Assembly: GCF_964188315.1 (NCBI RefSeq)
Contig: NC_135656.1
Span: forward strand, 106,826,001-106,890,000
Length of the DNA: 64,000 bases
Direction of reading: 5' to 3'
From: Podarcis muralis
Lineage: Eukaryota
The notes below the pieces were generated by a model, which was not told the origin of the DNA, did no database searches, and saw only the letters and a program-made list of their open reading frames with translations. A program made the translations under genes and the position numbers. Shown piece by piece: positions 61,024 through 64,000 of this stretch; position 1 is the stretch's first letter, and each line of letters begins with the position of its first letter.

Positions 61024-61257
61024 GGAGAAGGCTGCGTTATGGGAAATAGCTGGTTTCCAGCCCAGTCCTCTCTCTGCGTCTCCTGAAAAGTGGGTGGCTC
61101 CGCCCCCCCCCACATTTGTGTTTTCTTGATTTTCAGTTTCAAACGAATTAGATCAAAAGAAGAGAATGCCAACAATAACAACAAATCTGCGCTTCTGCGC
61201 TCCGCCAACCTGGTGCCCTCAGACGTTTCGGACTACAATACCCAACAACAAATTGTT

Positions 61258-61606
61258 GTTATTGCCGGATTTACGTGTAAGCTGAACAAGCTATAGCTCC
61301 TTAGGGCCCCACTCTCTTGGGGGCCCCCAAAAAAAATCAAGGGGGAAAAACTGGATGTACATTTCCAAAATATAAGATCAAAAAACAAATAAAATAAAAT
61401 CTACAGTGTTTTGTGTTGTGTAGGCTCCTATTTGTTATGTGCAAATGGCTTTAGATACCGATTAGGTCCATAAATTGCCATACAGCATATATTCAACACA
61501 AAAAACAGCGACAATTTGTTGTTGACAAAGGGCAGCTGGACATATAAAGGGCCCCATTACCTTCAGTGAGTGGCTTAGGGCCTCATCAAACCTAAACCCA
61601 GTCCTG
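61258..61606. mobile_element. hAT-like MITE upstream of TRIM-D
   Basis: Same family, same orientation relative to its gene as the 48389 copy. Confidence 0.72.
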
Positions 61607-62776
61607 ACAATCATCATTATCCCCCCAACCCTATATAGTATACCCCCAACCCTTGGTATAGTGTCTCATACCAAATGCAAACAAACAATGAAAAAGACTA
61701 TGATTTGAAAGCGGGGACGCCATACATTGATTTCCTTGGTTATTTGTTTGGTTCGTATCACAAAAAATAACTTCAATAAAAACTACTTTTAAAATGCACA
61801 CACACACACAAACAAACAAACAAACAAACAATAGCAACAGGTACAGAGGCATCACCAAAAAGGGAAATATTACTGAAGTAATCCCAGTTGTGGGTCGTTG
61901 GGTGTACAGTAGTCGGATGGTTGTGTGATTCCACAATGGTTGTCAATGGTTCCTAGCCACAGTGGCTGTTTTCTGCCTCCGCAGTTGGAGGCAGAAATTG
62001 CCGCTCTGACCTACCCACAGTACAGACCAAGCAGATCTTAAAGCTCTTTCAAGAAGAGTCCAGGGGCACCATCTGGCAGAAAATAGGAGGAGGAGCAGGA
62101 GGAGGGGGTTGCCATATTTCAAAAAGTGAAAATCTGGACACAAAAGTTGGCAAAGCTGTTCAGCTTCTTTTGCAAAATCTTAACACACAAATGTTGTGGT
62201 ATGGGGGATGCCATAGCCCTGGCTGTGAATTTTTGAGTGGGGTCAACCCTAGCGCAGTGCAGCCCAGCACTCCTCTCTGGGCAGAAGTTTTTAAATTTCC
62301 TTTATCCCTTTTCTTCTACTTTTTAGTTTTAAAAGTTTTTGGTGTGCGCTTGTGTCTGCAAGCTGTTTTTATTTATTTTAATTAAAGCTTGAAAACACAC
62401 ACACAGAAAACACAGTATACAGAAATAAACATAAAATACCAAGCATGTTTCTTTCTGTATAGTGTGTTTTCGTTGTGTTTTCAAGCTTTAATTAAAACAA
62501 ATAAAAATAGCTTGCAGGCACAAGCGCACACAAAAAATGTTGATCAGAAAGCTCTGGAAGCTCCTTACTGAAACATTAAAAGCGGGCTCCACTGCTGTTT
62601 GGGGCCTGCCTTCGGTGTTAAGCCTTAATTTGTTTTGGCAGAAGAAAACTTGGACTCAAAGTCAATCCTGACTTCCTCATTACAGTTCGCAGGAATTTAC
62701 TGTCTCCAAGGCAGCCTGGTGTCATCTCAGCCAATCCGGGAGCTGGAGCCAGTTAATGACACGTCCAAGCGAGCAG

Positions 62777-62790
62777 AGGAAAGTGAAACT
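62777..62790 (+). promoter_or_regulatory. ISRE / IRF-binding element upstream of TRIM-E
   Basis: AGGAAAGTGAAACT (reverse complement AGTTTCACTTTCCT) fits the ISRE consensus AGTTTCNNTTTCNY; CCAAT box at 62731-62735. Confidence 0.65.
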
Positions 62791-62810
62791 GAACTTCTGA
62801 CTAGAGAATC

Positions 62811-63227
62811 ATGGATGCAAGCGCTCTCTTAGGAAACCTGAGCAAGGAAGCTTCCTGCTCCATCTGCCTGGAGTATTTCAAAGAGCCGGTGTCTGTACAT
62901 TGTGGGCACAACTTCTGCCAGGCCTGCATCACTCAGTGCTGGTGGGGGCAGGAGACTGGCGTGTCCTGCCCCCAGTGTGGGGAAAGCAGCCACCAGAAGA
63001 GCTTCAGAGAGAACCAGCACCTGGCGAGAATCGTAGAAATCGTCAAATGCTTGAATCTGGAAGCTGCCAAAGCTCTGGAAGAGGGGAGAGTGTGTGAGAA
63101 GCACTTGGAACACCTCAAGGTCTTCTGCAAAGACGACAAGATACCCATCTGCTTGGTATGCACTATTTCCAATGAGCATCAACATCACGCTGTCGTTCCG
63201 ATAGAAGAAGCTGTTCAGGATTACAAG
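62811..63227 (+). CDS. TRIM-E exon 1: RING + B-box2; remainder beyond the window
   Basis: MDASALLGNLSKEASCSICLEYFKEPVSVHCGHNFCQAC...CPQCG...CEKH...EEAVQDYK|gtacag; 139 codons. Confidence 0.92.
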
Positions 63228-63230
63228 GTA

Positions 63231-63445
63231 CAGTCGTACCTCAGGTGACAGACGCTTCAGGTTACAGACTCCGCCAACCCAGAAATAGTACATTGGGTTA
63301 AGAACTTTACCTCAAGATGAGAACAGAAATCGTGTGCTGGCAGCGGGAGGCCCCATTAGCTAAAGTGGTACCTCAGGTTAAGAACAGTTTCAGATTAAGA
63401 ACGGCCCTCCAGAACGAATTAAGATCTTAACCCGAGGTATCACTG
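63231..63445. mobile_element. CAGTGGTACCTC MITE inserted in the TRIM-E exon-1 splice donor
   Basis: TA TSD at 63229-63230 and 63446-63447. Confidence 0.85.
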
Positions 63446-63729
63446 TAGTTTAGGGGAAAGGGGCATAGCTCAGGCGGGGTGGAGTATCTGGACTGCTTGC
63501 AGAACATCCATGGTTCAGTCCCTAGTATCTCTAGGGGAGACAGGGAATGTTTCCTGCCTTTGGGGAACTGCTACGGGTTGGTTGGTGTAAATCAGCCTTT
63601 CTCTACCTTGTTGTTGGACTAAAACTCCCATCATCCCTGACCACTGGTCCTGTTAGCTAGTGATAATGGGAGTTATAGTCCAACAACATATGAAGGGCAT
63701 AAGGTTGAGAAATGCTCGTGTGAACAATA

Positions 63730-63955
63730 TAGTGGTACCTCGGGTTACAGACGCTTCAGGTTACAGACTCTGCTAACCCAGAAATAGTACCTTGGGTTAA
63801 GAACTTTGCTTCAGGATAAGAACAGAAATTGTGTGGCAGCGGTGCGGTGGCAGTGGGAGGCCCCATTAGCTAAAGTGGTACCTCAGGTTAAGAACACTTT
63901 CAGGTTAAGAACGGACCTCCAGAATGAATTAAATTCTTAATCAGTGGGACCATTG
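63730..63955. mobile_element. CAGTGGTACCTC MITE (decayed ends)
   Basis: Family body. Confidence 0.75.
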
Positions 63956-64000
63956 TACAGAGCTAGATGGGCTTGGTATAAGGTAGCTTCTTACACGTGG

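Larger units (their letters stand above)
60270..61030. promoter_or_regulatory. CpG island over TRIM-D exon 1/promoter
   Basis: GC/CpG-rich stretch by eye. Confidence 0.6.

Overview
Eukaryotic (squamate reptile, probably lacertid lizard) genomic DNA: an intron-rich, repeat-dense cluster of five paralogous TRIM (RING/B-box/coiled-coil, PRY/SPRY) genes. I reconstructed the exons by hand from splice sites and phases. TRIM-A (-, exons 1-3 only), TRIM-B (-, complete, 670 aa, atypical), TRIM-C (-, complete, 489 aa) and TRIM-D (-, complete, 479 aa) lie in tandem. TRIM-E (+, exon 1 only) is head-to-head with TRIM-D. The complete genes share the typical TRIM7/27/39-type exon pattern (long exon 1, then 96, 231, 23, 116-125, 33-57 bp and a PRY/SPRY exon). 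Introns and intergenic DNA contain Sauria SINEs, MIR-like and tRNA-head SINEs, 3' fragments of L2, BovB, CR1, L1 and Penelope elements, a solo LTR, and many Tc1/mariner (TA TSD) and hAT (8-bp TSD) MITEs, often nested. Main points of interest: (1) TRIM-B has long Pro-rich insertions, a RING lacking several E2-binding residues, a degenerate PRY and a candidate extra in-frame exon. (2) A consensus ISRE lies 20 bp before the TRIM-E ATG. (3) TE insertions sit at or within about 35 bp of the exon-1 donor in three of the five genes. (4) Palindromic MITEs lie in three TRIM promoters. No prokaryote-type systems (CRISPR etc.) are present. TE family names and orthology come from recognition, not database searches.
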